Positions 34,784 through 48,068 of a DNA stretch of 64,000 nucleotides are shown piece by piece (the first letter of the stretch is position 1; the number at the start of each line of letters is the position of its first letter). The notes beneath the pieces were generated by a model, which worked only from the letters and a program-made list of their open reading frames with translations, was not told where the DNA came from and searched no databases. The DNA comes from Rhizodiscina lignyota. Lineage: Eukaryota. The translations under genes were made by a program, and so were the position numbers. Location: NCBI GenBank assembly GCA_010015805.1, contig ML978126.1, positions 992,001-1,056,000 of the forward strand, given 5' to 3'.

Positions 34784-37096
34784 TCATGAAAGACCCAGCT
34801 CCCTGTAGAACGCCTCGGTGCTCGGCGCCCGCCCCAAGAAGTCTTCCAGGGTCTTCATCTCTTCCTGGCTACCTCCGCGCTCGAGAACCGTATGCCTGTA
34901 TCGCCTCCCTTCTTTGCCATTCATCGGGTCTTTCTTGAAGACCGAGTAAAACATGTCCGCCGAGTAGACTTGGGAACTGCAAATCATTGTCAGTGCACGT
35001 TCTAGAAGCTTGCGCAGTATTTGAAAGAGACTCACCTCAGATACCCGTAGTATCCAGCATCGTAGCCACCAATCAAGTGGCCAAAGGTCGCCTCGCCGTG
35101 TCCCCATCCCCAACCGTCTGCGATTTCAGGGCCATCCAACTTGCTGATTTCCTTGCGAAGTCTGTTATATGTCTCGCTGATCTCCATCTTCTCAATGTCC
35201 TCGTGGCTGCTCGGCTCATGCACAGTCATGTCGAAGATACCGAAATGTAATTGTCTCAAGTTGAAAAGCGCATCATTGACATGCTTGGTGCGGATGAGAT
35301 TGTCAATAAGCTCGTCGGGGATCTGTTCAGTAGGCTGTGACTTGCTGCCTGAGGGCTCCTGTTGATACGCTGCGAGATATGCTGGGGAGAGGTACGAGTA
35401 GTGCTTGCTCAAGCTCTTCAGCTGAGACGGGGTCCAGCACCAATTCTCCAGCATCTGACTCGGAGCCTCGACAAAGTCGCGCACGGTATTAGTGCCGTGG
35501 AAACGGGAGTACGTGGTCTTCGAGACAAGGTCGTGGATGCCGTGACCGAGTTCGTGGAATAGCGTGACGACCTCATCGTGCTTCAGCAGACTCGGCTTCT
35601 TGGGTGTCGGCTTCGAGAAATTGCACACGAGCGCAGTAGCAGGGTAACGGCGAGTGCCATTAGCTTGGATGAAGCCAGGTTGAAGGTTGAAGTTAGCTGC
35701 GTGTCCATACTTTCCCTCGCGCGGGTGAAGGTCAAGGTAGAGGTATCCGACGAAGCCATTGCCCTCGCCATCATCGTCCCAGACGCTGAACACCTGTACA
35801 TCCTCGTGCCAGACGATATCAGAGCCTTTACCGGTTTCTGAGAGCGCATCGCGATCCTTTCCTTTCAATTCGACGAACGCGAGGCCGAAAAGCTCTTCGA
35901 AGATGTGAAGCATGCCTCGAATGGTCGTCTCCAGAGGAAAGAATTCGGAAATTGTCTGGTGGTCGAGTTGGAAGTCCCTTTCCAGCATCAGACGATCGTA
36001 GTATCGGTGGTCCCAGAGGTAATAGTGCCCGTCGAACGACGAGTCCTGTCCCCTGCTTGAGAGATCGGTTTTCTTCAACTCCTTTAGCTTCTCAATCTCT
36101 TCCAATCCGCCTGGTGCAAGTCTCGACCGCAAATCACCTAGGAAGTCGTCGACGGTTTTTGGTTGCTTGGCCATCTTATCCTCGATCCTAAACTCCGCGT
36201 GATTCTTGTATCCCAGAATCCTCGCTGCCTCGTCCCGGAGAATCACAGCCTCCCTGAACAATGGCACGTTATCATTGCACTTGTTCTCATTCGCGACGGT
36301 GAGCTTCTTCCTGATCTCTGGGTTCTTTGCGTACTTCAATGTCGGGAACAGGTCCGGATATTTGAATGTCAACCGAACTTTGCCCTCGTTCTCTGCTGTT
36401 CCTTGATCCCACGAGTCTATGAGATCGGCCGGAACGCCATCCAGCTCTTCCCGCGTGAACCACAAGCCACCGTTCTCTTCGTTCAGCGTCTTCTGGAATG
36501 TGATGCTGATCTCGCTCAGCCTCTTCTTGATCTCCTTGAACCGATCCCTCTTTGGCCCGGCTGGTACACCCAATCCATTCCTGATGTATCCCTTATGGTC
36601 CTTCTCTAATAATCTCTGGCTCTCGGGATCCAACTTCTCACCCTTCTTCACTGCCGCATCGACGCGCTGAAAGACGTCCTCGCGCATCGCAGACTCGATG
36701 CCGAAGTCATCAAGTAGCTTCTCCGCATCTGTTGAGGCGTCGCGTAGTGTCTTGTCTGTTGATACGGCCTGATAGAAGCCAATGATGTGAGATTCGAGCG
36801 ACATGACATTGTCATCTTGCGCCATGAGGAGGACGGTGTTGGAGAAAACGGCATCGTCAAGGTTGACGCTAACAATCTCATCTTGAACTTTCTTGGATTT
36901 TGCAATCTATTAAGTGAATTGAGTTAGCTCGAGGATCGGACATACTCCAATTCCTTGCATCCTCTAGGAAGCTGGCTGTTATTCAAGGTATATAGAAATG
37001 CCTTACCAATCTCTTCGTATCCTCCACGACACTCTGCGGCGTACCCACAAACACCGGCGGCCGCTGTGGCGGATTCTGATACTTTGCTGGCGCCAT
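34784..37096 (-). CDS. PRD1: M3A metallo-oligopeptidase (thimet oligopeptidase / saccharolysin, MepB-like)
   Basis: YLDLHPREGKYGHAA, TLFHELGHGIH (HExxH), DFVEAPSQMLENW and GYDAGYYGY; two introns. Confidence 0.93.
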
Positions 37097-37997
37097 ACCG
37101 CTCGTGAGCAACGGCCTCTGACTTCCTTTAGTAATGAAAGCTCCTCCTGCAGCCTTCAAATATGCCGGCACGTAGTACTGCGGCGCGAGCTGGCTGAAGA
37201 GGTGAACGACCCTAGGACCAAAGCGCGAGGACGCCAGAATGTAGGCAATGGCAAGGAAGAGCACGAAACTGGCAGCTACGATCTTGAACGAGCGTTTGTA
37301 TGCCGTAGGAGCCAGGTTGGCGGATGTCTCGTGATGGGCGCTGGGGAACGGCCCAAGCGCTTATGTGGGTCGAGTGTAGTTAGAATGGCAGGAGGTTGGG
37401 CCTACGTGCCTTGCCCGGGGCGCATCTAGCCACACTACAAATTGCGATATTGGGTCACACCGGTTTGTGTTACGTTGGGTGAGGCGGAAAATGGGTGGAT
37501 GTGTAGTTTCGAAGCTAGAGGTGTCGGTGTGAGAAGCTTCGCAAGGTGAGACGAGATGTTCGGCGCGTATGGATTGGATCCAGCCCCTGGCGACAGCAGC
37601 AGCGATGCTTGGCAGGGACGATATGCGGGGGAGCTCCTACAACAAAGATTCGAGCATTTCCTAAGACAAGCTCTTTACATTTGGAGCAGAAGCGGAGACG
37701 AATTATTTGCTGAGATTGTGTATCAAGATCCAGCTATGTAGGAATGCGGCAATCGCCGAGACACAATCAATCGATAGCAAATGCTCCCTCGTCCCTTCGA
37801 TCAAGAGCGCGAGGCTGAGGCATTCAAACAAGTCGTACATTGCATCATATCGACTAACACACCGTCTGCGCGTCGATTCATAAACAAGATCATCCATATG
37901 CCTGCAAGAGCTTCACGGGGTACTCAATCAAGCAGACGCCACAATCAGCTTGCCTTCTGCAAGAGGCTATCATCCCTCTTTGATGTTGCACTTCCTC

Positions 37998-39791
37998 TCA
38001 CCGCCATGAACTCGAGTCGGTCCTTCCAATATCGACACTCTCAAATTCCATTTCCCACTCGTCCACTTCAGCAAATTTCTTCGCCATGGCAGCAAGCTCC
38101 GCATTCTTCTCGCCTGGCTTTATGGGTTTGTGGGCTTTGCTATTGACCTGTGTGGTACTGTCATCTACCTCGGAAGCACCATCTCGATCGTCGCCCAGCA
38201 CGTAAATGCTTTCCTCGTTCTCTTTATCCGAAGCAGCGGCTCGACGGCCGTATGTCCTTTTCCCTTTAAGCGGTGTGGTCTTCTTCCTTGCGGATCCTTT
38301 GCGAGCTGACAATGGACTTCTTGTTGCCTGCTTCTCCATCCGACTACTGCGGGCAGGGGTTTGCACGGCACCAGCCTTACGTCTTGCAGCCGGTTTTGCT
38401 GGTCGATTATTCGGTCTCGAGAGTTCGTCTTCTGAAGATCGATCTGGATCATCATCGAGCTCATCTTCTCGGTCAGAACTGAGAATGTCAAATGCGTCTT
38501 TTTTCGCTCTTCTTGCTCGGCGATTGCGTCGCTGAGGTAGAAGTCCCTGAAGAGCAGCAGTTTTCAAGGCCGGCAGTCGAGTAGGCTTTTTCTTTGGTGG
38601 ATCTACGTCCTTGACCGAAGCCTTGTTGGTTGCCACCCCTTTTTTTCGCGACTTTCGATGCGGTGGCAGTTTCGCTGGCAAGGTATCATTTACCGCTGCG
38701 TCGTTTCCATCAGCTTCCTCCAAAGAACTGCTCGACTTTGGTGGGGCCATTGTCTCGCTCCACACCTCCTCGCGATCATTCTGTGTATTTGCAACCGTCT
38801 CGGGGACCTGTTCTGGTAGGCTGGATGGTTCGGAATCTGCGTTCTCGGCATCGGATGGAATGACAACCGTGTCCTCAACTGGCGGTGAAGACCTTAGAAC
38901 CTGTATATCCGGGCTTGCGAGCTTCCTTTTTCGCGAGCTCGATGTCCTATCTGCCGCACTCTTCACCGCCGATGATCCACCATTGCCGGCTCCACTGAGT
39001 TTCAGAGGCGTCGACTCGTCGTCGGGATTGAAATCATCCAGATCAGTATCTACGTTGAGCGTGCTGTGCTCCTGTCTTGTGCGCAAAATGCTCGGCTGCC
39101 TTGTCCGCCTTTTGAAATTCGTAAGTGCCAGGACAGACGCTTCATGGGCGGGCGTGCCTCCACGTCTTAATGCTGACGCAGGCGCTTTCGGGTTGTGTAG
39201 CAAACTGGTACGCTGAGTCTTAAGTTTCTCTTGTAGCTCTAACTGTGATTTCTCGCCCTGAGGACTTAATCCGTATAAATCGTCGTCCGTGAGACCTTGA
39301 TTTTGGTCAGCGCGCGGAGTGGATTGTCTGATGAGCGCGATTGAGCTTTGCCGCTTGCTTGATGATGTTCGCGGAGGTCGACTTTCGGATTGCGCAGGTG
39401 AAGGTTTTGCAGACGGTGCTTTGGATGGCATGACAACGGCAGGCGGCAGCGTCTGATCAGACAGTGCCGCGCTTGTGTTCTTAGCCTTCATCGCTTCATC
39501 TCTCCTCCTCTTGAGACGTTCTATCGCGCTCGTATCGGCCACAGTTGAGACTATTTTTTTTGGTACAGGTCGTGATCTGCCTTTGGGTGCTGCATTTGCG
39601 CCATTTTGTACCGAAGCACTTTGTTTCGAACTGCTGGACGCGGCATTGTCTTGTTCTTCATTTCGAGGTATGGCGTGACGCGACTTGGGGACGTCGGTGC
39701 CAGCTTCAGCGCTATCTGTTGACGTAGATAGAGTCGCGACGCGTCGTGTTTTTGGTTCTGACGCGACTTTGGCTCGCCTCAGTCGTGCCAT
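37998..39791 (-). CDS. Low-complexity basic nuclear protein, sororin (Sor1)-like
   Basis: Single-exon, disordered 597 aa protein with KRTYGRR (YSR-like), DKEN (KEN box) and C-terminal LAAMAKKFAEVDEWEMEFE. Confidence 0.7.
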   Translation of the reverse strand: MARLRRAKVASEPKTRRVATLSTSTDSAEAGTDVPKSRHAIPRNEEQDNAASSSSKQSASVQNGANAAPKGRSRPVPKKIVSTVADTSAIERLKRRRDEAMKAKNTSAALSDQTLPPAVVMPSKAPSAKPSPAQSESRPPRTSSSKRQSSIALIRQSTPRADQNQGLTDDDLYGLSPQGEKSQLELQEKLKTQRTSLLHNPKAPASALRRGGTPAHEASVLALTNFKRRTRQPSILRTRQEHSTLNVDTDLDDFNPDDESTPLKLSGAGNGGSSAVKSAADRTSSSRKRKLASPDIQVLRSSPPVEDTVVIPSDAENADSEPSSLPEQVPETVANTQNDREEVWSETMAPPKSSSSLEEADGNDAAVNDTLPAKLPPHRKSRKKGVATNKASVKDVDPPKKKPTRLPALKTAALQGLLPQRRNRRARRAKKDAFDILSSDREDELDDDPDRSSEDELSRPNNRPAKPAARRKAGAVQTPARSSRMEKQATRSPLSARKGSARKKTTPLKGKRTYGRRAAASDKENEESIYVLGDDRDGASEVDDSTTQVNSKAHKPIKPGEKNAELAAMAKKFAEVDEWEMEFESVDIGRTDSSSWR

Positions 39792-40305
39792 GGTGGAGCA
39801 CGAGCGGTCGCGCGAATATTGTTCAAGTGCGTCGATGTAGAAGTGTTATCGAGCGCGTTGTGTTGTTGCGCGCATACTTTTTCATATTAGGAATGTGATG
39901 CGATTGGTTGTTGTTGATGTTGAGGATACGATAGTCATTTTGCACGCGGAAAGCGTCATGACTAGACAGGGGTCTGAAAACGCCTCGTCACGTGAGCCAT
40001 GCATACCTCAGGAAGGATTCGTCAGCGAGAGTTGGTCCGTAAATGCGATTCTTCAGCACGGACTTCGAAACTTGCCAGTCTCTTCTTCTTGAAGTTTTGC
40101 AGACAGATTGGTGACTCCTGACTCCTGGCGGTGACTCTATTCGGCGTTCGGAGGCTCGGTATCCCGCATCGACGTCTCGGAGTTGCTGGTGGTTCGACAC
40201 AGCAGGGTACGGATAGCGCGGGCGCAACGACGCGGACCATCAAGCCTGTCGCATCTCTCGGAAGTTGCTGCCTGATGATGTTTTGACCAAGTCTCGAGCT
40301 ACAAA

Positions 40306-42720
40306 ATGACAACGAGGTCAACGAGGAGTTCGGCGGGGTCGACTCCTCAATCTGCGAACCAGAATGGGAGTGAAATGCAGTCGACAGCCCAGGCCAGCAA
40401 CAGGGAAGTGCGGAAGCGGAACAGGCAATGGCTGTCATGTGAGGCGTGTCATCGAATGAAGGTGAAATGGTGCATTGGATCTTCGCCAAATCTTGCAAAA
40501 TATTCACCTAACTCATTTATGTTATAGCGACCGGCGACAGCCATGTACGCGATGCGCACGTGGAGATCGAGGCGACAAATGCGTTTACGAGGCGGTCAAG
40601 AAACCCAGGGCTGGAAGCCAAAAGAACGGTTCGGAAAAAGAAGAAGAAGATCACGGACCAGATCCATTTAGCGTTCCAAAAGAGAAGATGGTCAAGTATC
40701 GCAAAGGCAAAGTCCGGTAAGTAGCCGATTGTTCCAAGTACAGACTATGCCTGCTAATTCATCAAGACACGGTGGGCGAACGCACTGGGCGCTGATAGCG
40801 CATGAGGTACGTGGCTATCTCCTAGTAGATTTCATTCATTAGACGATACTGACCCATTTTAGTTCCAAGAAATGAGGCAATTCATGTCAGCCGACGCTGT
40901 GGACACAACGGGCATCAACAAACAATTAAAATCAATGAAGAAATTCTTCCCTAAGAAGAGGCTATTGAACTACCCCTTCTGTCCCAGCAGAGAACCAAGA
41001 TATACCTCACAAGAAGGCATCATCTCGACTCTCCCGGACAGGAGTACTGTTCAGAGCTTGGTCGACATATACTTTGAGACCTTTGAGAAGACTCATGCTT
41101 TGTTTCATGAGGCCACTTTCAAGGAAACCCTATCTTTGTTCTGGGAACATCCAGAGTCAGTGGAATCTGGATGGCTCGCATCTCTCTTCCTCATGTTGGC
41201 GCTCAGCCATCACGCTAGCAAACATTCGTCCGCTGAAACGGTCACGCCCGCAACCCACGGCCAAATCGAAGCTTATCTTGAGAGCGGTCAAGCTGCTCTT
41301 CATCTCACAGGCTTCATGTTAAAGCCTACTCTGGATAGCCTACGGGCACTTTGCATAGTAGCCATTGGCAAAGCGCTGGACATAGTATGCAGCTCTCCAG
41401 GAGGACATGCACCCAGACATGGCTGACACATTTCGCAGATAACGCTGGACGATAGTGACACATTATATATCTTCACAGGTTTCATTGTCCGATATGCATT
41501 CCTGCTCGGGATGCATAGGGACCCAAAGTATGCCACGGGAATGCCACCACCAGAGGCACAAGCTCGCCGGAAAATCTGGACAACCATCTTGTTCCTCGAC
41601 CTGCGAATATCGATCGAGGCTGGGATGCCTCTTCTTATCCGCTCGACGGATTACGACACGCTTCCACCACAAGATACTTTCGGCGCTCTAGTTTTTGAGT
41701 CACAATCTATTTCCAACGAGCTCACGCCCACGACCTTCCAGCACAAGCTTGCACAATCAATTCGCATCGTTGCTGACATCATCGCCGTCATAAATTCTCC
41801 GTCTCCCGATCTCAAATACGAACAAGTCCTCAACTACGATGCCAAGCTCCGTGCTGTGCTTCGAGATTTCCCGACTTTAAATCCCAATTTCGCCGAAAAT
41901 ACAGCTGCTCATTTATTCCAGCGCTCTTCTCTCTCCATCTTCATCCATCGCGTTCTCCTAGCGCTCCATCAACCCTATGCAACAGATCCACAAGTCTGGC
42001 GCGATTACCAAACATCACATTACAGTGTGCTTCAGTGCTCATTGGCGATATTAGGGATTCAACGCCTAATCTTCGAGTGCTCGGAACTGTCAGTACCGGT
42101 AATGTGGCTGCATGAGCTCTACCGTCATGACTTCATGGTCGCTGCGCTATACGTCTGCGTGGCACTCCGAAGAGACCAATTTTCAGGCGGCCAGGGAGAT
42201 GGTCTTTCGAAAGAGCAGGCCAAACAAACTGCATGGGACACACTCTTAGGCTGCAGAGAGATATGGCAGCGTGATTGTACTCTGTCGGTCCATCACTACA
42301 AGATTTACCTAGGCATGTGTCTTATCACTGCCGCCATCTCCAGCCTCGAAAAGGGCAACGAACCTCTCGATGCGATGAAAGAAGTTGCAGGAGATGTCAT
42401 TGCGGAGGTGACGGATAAGTTGGGGGCGAGTAGCCATCCGAGTACTGGTTCGAGCGAGGCCGCAACGTCCGGCAGTGGATCAGGTCCACTCGACTTCATG
42501 CTCTTCGATGGCTGGAGTATGGATCCGACTTTCTTTTCTACGGGTATTGACCCGATGACGCCAGACTTGCACACGAGCTGGGGCCCCGCCGTAAGTTCCG
42601 ATCATTTCCTTTCTGCCCATTAACTTGCTAGTTTTTCATAACTGAGCAGCCTAATTACAGTTCCTGGGAGGCCATGGAGGGGCCACCTATAATGGGTGGC
42701 CTGGGCCCCCAATTAAGTGA
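40306..42720 (+). CDS. Zn(II)2Cys6 transcription factor with fungal-specific TF domain, multi-exon
   Basis: Spliced SCEACHRMKVKC-DRRQPCTRCARGDRGDKCVY; GMHRDP...EAQARRKIWTTILFLD. Confidence 0.92.
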
Positions 42721-43779
42721 TTTTCACGGCGTTTGGCCGCGAGAGGCTGTCTTTAAGTGTTCTTCTGCAGCAGGCGCTGATATTTAGTTATCACAGAGCT
42801 TGAGCTTCGAATATATGGGCGACCACACCGGGAAAGGAAGGTGGCCTAGTATATGGGAATGATAGCAGTCGCAATTATGGCTCCAATCAGAATATGGAGC
42901 GGAATCGGTACCTTCACCTAGGCTTTGATCAGACATGTCGAGGAGGACATCGTTTGCACGGGTGGTACACACTGCAGATATAAGAGCGGCATATTGGTCG
43001 CCAATCTGCTCTGCAAAGCACGACTAATCTTTATTCACGACGAGGATGACTACCGAGGAAGCGACGCTCCGCGCTACTGGGGAAACGATTATGTACTTTT
43101 ATATAGATGGCACCACTCTGCTCCCATGCGAGTGTGAAGGGGACGCACACGAAAACTTCCTTCACCACACACCTTCCCGTCTGCGTCCATTTCCATGACG
43201 CCGTTTGATGCTCTTATCAGCCGCGAAAATATGTTCAGTGATAAAGGCTTATTATACCGACGCACTTATGTAATCGGCACCTGCATCCGCCGTTGGTCTG
43301 CACCACATAAATATCTGCAGCCCTACTGACATTCGCACGCTCGAGTAAGCCGTGTCAGGGCGGTGCGGAATCATTCCCATACTCGTCGGAAACATAGCAG
43401 GGTCTCACGCCCGTTCCTGGAGATTACAGGAATGGCTAGTCCTTATTAGGGCGCGCTACTAATCTGCCAATGGTACTGGCTAACCATTTCCATACTTTTC
43501 CCACAACGGTCGGTTGCTCCGCACCCTCGCCTCAAGCTAACGGGCGTAAGGACCACTACTGTCCAAGATGCGCGTGTAAGGGCGCAACGGGTATTTCTGG
43601 GGCAAGGTAAGCAGGCGGCCCGAATTCTACAAGACGACAAAAATATTCAAATCAGTGTCGACATTTTCAATTCTGACTGCTACCTGTATATCATTCCACT
43701 CCTCGCTCTTGCGTCTCTTTCTATCAAACCAGCGAGATTGCTTCTGCTCTACTTCTGTCTCTTACAACCGCATATCAAG

Positions 43780-45845
43780 ATGCCATTCCTTTCACAAGAT
43801 CATCGTCCGATTCCGACAAAGGACATCTTATCGTGGTATTTCGACGAGCCGCAGTGTGACCAAGACAAGCCGATATACATCGATGCAGCAGACCCAAGCC
43901 GATCATGGACGCATCGACAAGCAAGAACTGCCGTTCGTAAGATTGGAGCGGGACTGAAAGCACTGGGGCTGAAGAAAGGAGATACCGGTTAGTATTTGAT
44001 CTATTCAATTATATGAGACTACGCGCTAATGTTTATAAGTCTGTTTGCATAGCTTCAACGACGTATGTCAAATGTCTTTGCTACCAAATGGGGAAGAAAC
44101 TGTCCCATCTTAGATATTAGTGCGACGCCGTAGCGTGAACGACTGCTGACATCCCTCTCAGGTCAATTATCCGATCCTCGTCAATGGTAGCCAATTCATG
44201 GTGCAATGGGGAATCAAGAACTGAGCTGATTTAATGCGTGTGATAGGTATTCTTGCGGCAGGTTGTATATACTCCGGTGTAAGCGATCAGCAAACAACCA
44301 GCCACTGAAAGATCGAACTAATTATCTAGTAGACCAACCCAGGATACACGGCACATGAACTGAAACACACCATCAAATGCGCACACGTCAAGTTCATCAT
44401 CACCGAGCCGGAAATGCTGCCCAATATCCTCGCCGCAGCAGACGACACCAACATATCGCGCTCCTCCATCCTCATCTTCGACAATCTCCCAGAGCAATCA
44501 GTCCCGCAGGGTTTTAAATCATGGCGTACTCTGTTCGACCACGGTGAAGCCGACTGGCCGCGCTTCGACGACCTGGAAACCTCCCAAAATACGCACGCTG
44601 CTCGGCTCTTCTCTAGCGGAACCACGGGTCTACCCAAAGCGGCAGTCCTTTCTCATTATAACTTTGTTGCGCAGCACTACGTCGCGGAGGAGTGGCCGCG
44701 CCGCAACTACGAAGTCAGACGAATTGTGCCGCTCCCGTTTTTCCATGTCGCTGTCGGCCCACGCATTCACTTCTCGCCGCTGCGCGATGGATCCGTGACG
44801 TACACGATGCGTCGTTTCGGACTGGAGCCGTATCTCGCTAATCTCGAGAAGTATGCGATTACGGACGTACTGATGGTGCCCCCAGTTGTAAGAATGCTCT
44901 ACAATTATCATGTTTAACGAGTGTACTTATATACATGCTAGGTCATTGCCATCATTATGAGCCCACTGCGGCACAAGTACAGCATGAAGAGCACAAAGTA
45001 CGCAATCGCGGGAGCGGCGCCTCTAGGCAAAGAAGCGCAGGCCAAGATGAAGGAATTGATGCCACCGGACTCGCCTTTCACCCAAGTCTGGGGTATGACA
45101 GAGACGACTTGCATTGCGACGATGTTTCCATATCCGGAACACGACACCACTGGCTCTGTTGGACGTCCAGTGCCCGGTATAGACATCAAGTTAGTTGATG
45201 AAGAGGGCCGCGACATTACGGGGTATAATGTTCGTGGCGAGATGTGTGTGCGCGGACCGACGGTGATCAAAGGCTACCTAGACAACCCGGAAGCGAATAA
45301 GAGCTGGGATGCGGACGGCTTCTTCCATACGGGCGATATCATGTACTGCGACGAAAAGACGAAGCTGTGGTATGTTGTGGATCGGAAGAAGGTGAATTAT
45401 TTCCTTGCTACTCTAAGCATCCATACGAAGCACAGACTAACGTGTTGCAGGAACTCATCAAAGTCCGCGGATTCCAGGTTGCGCCGCCCGAAGTCGAGGA
45501 TGTGTTGTTAGATCACCCGCAGATTGTTGACGCGGCAGTGATTGGAGTGGATGGCGGAGCTTCTGGGGAGCTACCCCGAGCCTACATAGTGAAGAGATCA
45601 GGACCTGAGGGCGACAAACTGACCGAAACCGACGTGCATAAACATGTTAATGAGCGGTTGGCCAACTTTAAGAGACTTGCTGGAGGCATCGTATTCATGA
45701 AAGAGGTGAGTGCAATCTTCTAAGAGAGCTTCCATTCTCAGGTTCAATACTAATGGGGTTTCAGATACCCAAGACACAATCCGGAAAGATCCTGAAAAGA
45801 GTGCTGAGAGAACAGGCTAAGAAGGAGACGGGTGCGAGACTTTGA
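43780..45845 (+). CDS. 4-coumarate-CoA-ligase-like acyl-CoA synthetase with PTS1 (-ARL), many introns
   Basis: FSSGTTGLPKAA, QVWGMTE, GFFHTGD, DRKKELIKVRGFQVAPPE and IPKTQSGKILKR; ends GARL*. Confidence 0.92.
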
Positions 45846-46001
45846 TGCATCGTGAGATTTGTCGTGATATTGGTATCTCCATATATGTACAATGTAATCA
45901 AGCGGCGTGTTAGAAGGTGAGATTATGTTCATCATTACGGTGGTGATAGGGGTGTGATGGGCAGAGAAATCGGAATGTAAAAGCATTATGAGTGCAATTC
46001 A

Positions 46002-46978
46002 TCACAGTTCCTTCTCTTTCAGCTTTCCGTTCGTACCCAGAGGCACCTCTGTCGGGAGTTTGGCAACTGCCTGCGGGCCGCCTACAACCTCGAACCCTTT
46101 ATGGAAGATCCATTCAATCGTATGCTCTATGGGTTTGTCGAATATGAAAGGCAGGAATGGGACAGCGGCCAAACCGAGCTACAACCATGTTAGAAATGGC
46201 TCATCTCAACTAAACGCTACTACTTACCCCGATCGGCGCCCAGGTTCTAACTGTCTTGTTCTTCATGTCTTTCATCGCTCTCCCAGAATATCTGACAATG
46301 CTGTGTATCGTGAATGCAGGCAAGCCCATACTTGCTAGACTTTGGAACACCGCGCGCTGCGCCATCACAGCTCTGTAATCGTCAATCGGCACCACTCGTG
46401 CTGGCTTCGGTACCTCTGCGACTGTGGTGTCTCTGCCATCTGTCGCATGCGTGTAGTCTTGTGAATATTTCTCTGGGTGCAGCGTATGCTGGTTACGGAT
46501 GTATGCTTTGTATCCCTCGTGGGCAACGTCACCGCCGATATATAGCCATGATACTGCGTATGCGCCGCGAACGAGGTTTGGATGTGCAATGGGCCGGAAA
46601 GACTCTCCTATGTCAGATGTATAGGCGATGTAGCGGTGCGCCGCGAGGAGGACGGTCCTTATACGAGATGCGTAGGCAGCGTAACGGAGGTTCGAGTCGG
46701 TACTCTCACCACCTCTGGATGAATTCAAATAATGCGTCAGCGCCTCATATATTCTCCAATCGCCTGCAATACGTCGACTCGGCCGAGTGAAATCAAAGAG
46801 TGGTAACTCACTTTCCAGCGTATACTGTCTCCCACAGCTTCTCCTCGTTGTCTAATGTGTCTTGTATCGACTTTGGTAGTTTTGAAGGTCGTGGGGGAGT
46901 GCTAAAGTCTGGCCGCGGCTCATTTCGTTCGTGTGGAATATCGTCGAGATTGAGCTTGCTTTCGTCCTTCTTCGACAT
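46002..46978 (-). CDS. MTFP1: Mitochondrial fission process protein 1 (MTP18/MTFP1)
   Basis: LRYAAYASRIRT, RYIAYTSDIGESFRP, FQSLASMGLPAFTIHSIVRYS and LPFIFDKPIEH; two introns. Confidence 0.9.
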
Positions 46979-48068
46979 GGAGGCGGGAGGGGATCTGTGC
47001 AAGTGCTGGCGTCTGTCAAGGGTGTGAATCGCAGAGACACAGTATTTAAAGCGGGACTAATTAGATCTGAGAGATGTGAAATTCCCCTCTTGAATTGAAA
47101 GCTAGAAACGAGCTGGCAAAGATCAAGCAGGCGAGGTAGGAAAGGTACGGAACGATATATGACGAATGCCGCCCTGCATCTCCATGTTTCCTCAGACAGA
47201 CGACCATAGTATGGCGATGGTCATTTCAGATCGGACGACCACAGCACAGATCTGGCCATTTCAATTCCAACATCCAAGGGGCTGGCCATTATCACACAAT
47301 CCACCATTTCCGCTCACTTTTCTACGTCCATGGGCTGAATCGGCTAGGGCATGTGCATTCCTTTAGGTATTTCTTTTGCTCGAGCGAGATGCACATTGAT
47401 TACACGTCGAATTCAAGCTCAGCCTCATATACGGCTGAATCACAGATCCGAACCCCACAAGAGCGCCGTCCCACGTCCAAGAAAATGGCCGACCTTGCTC
47501 TCTTAGGATTGCCAGATCAATCACGAGTCACTGGCGTGTATCACCATTATGAATACGACTTGGCAGCTAGGCTTGTTGTAGCATACGCGTCTGTCCGCAC
47601 CGGCCTCGCCCCTCGTGCATCCTTTCGGCATACCGTTGAGACCCGTTCAGTTCATCGAATGGCCGCGAACTTTGGCACTCTTAACTATCAGCAGTGATCG
47701 AATGGTAGAAATTTCAGCCATACTCCTATAGTGCTGACGTACCACGGTATCAAGGGCCTATTTCTACCTATTTCCTATTACGCTTCTCGCAAGCTAAATT
47801 CCTCGCAAGGTTTTTAGTCGCCGCACTTACTCATTCGGGCTATACCAGATACTCTCAATGAATCTTCCTTTTCATATGGCCGCCCACATGTTTCTTCATA
47901 CATCTCTTTGTCTGAGGGCGTTACCAGCATGTGCCCCGCGGAGTATTCGTGAAACCTTCTTCTTCACTCCAAGTTTGCTTTCTCGACCAATCAACTTGTT
48001 CAAACACCGCTCCGAGATGCTGCTGGATTGTTTCGCGCCCAACATTCTTTTCCTCCCGCGTTCAACTC

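Noticed and set aside
40306..45845. Zn2Cys6 TF and 4CL-like ligase as part of the PKS-NRPS cluster
   Set aside because: They are separated from it by MTP18, a glycosyltransferase, a HET gene and a cupredoxin, and nothing in the sequence links them.
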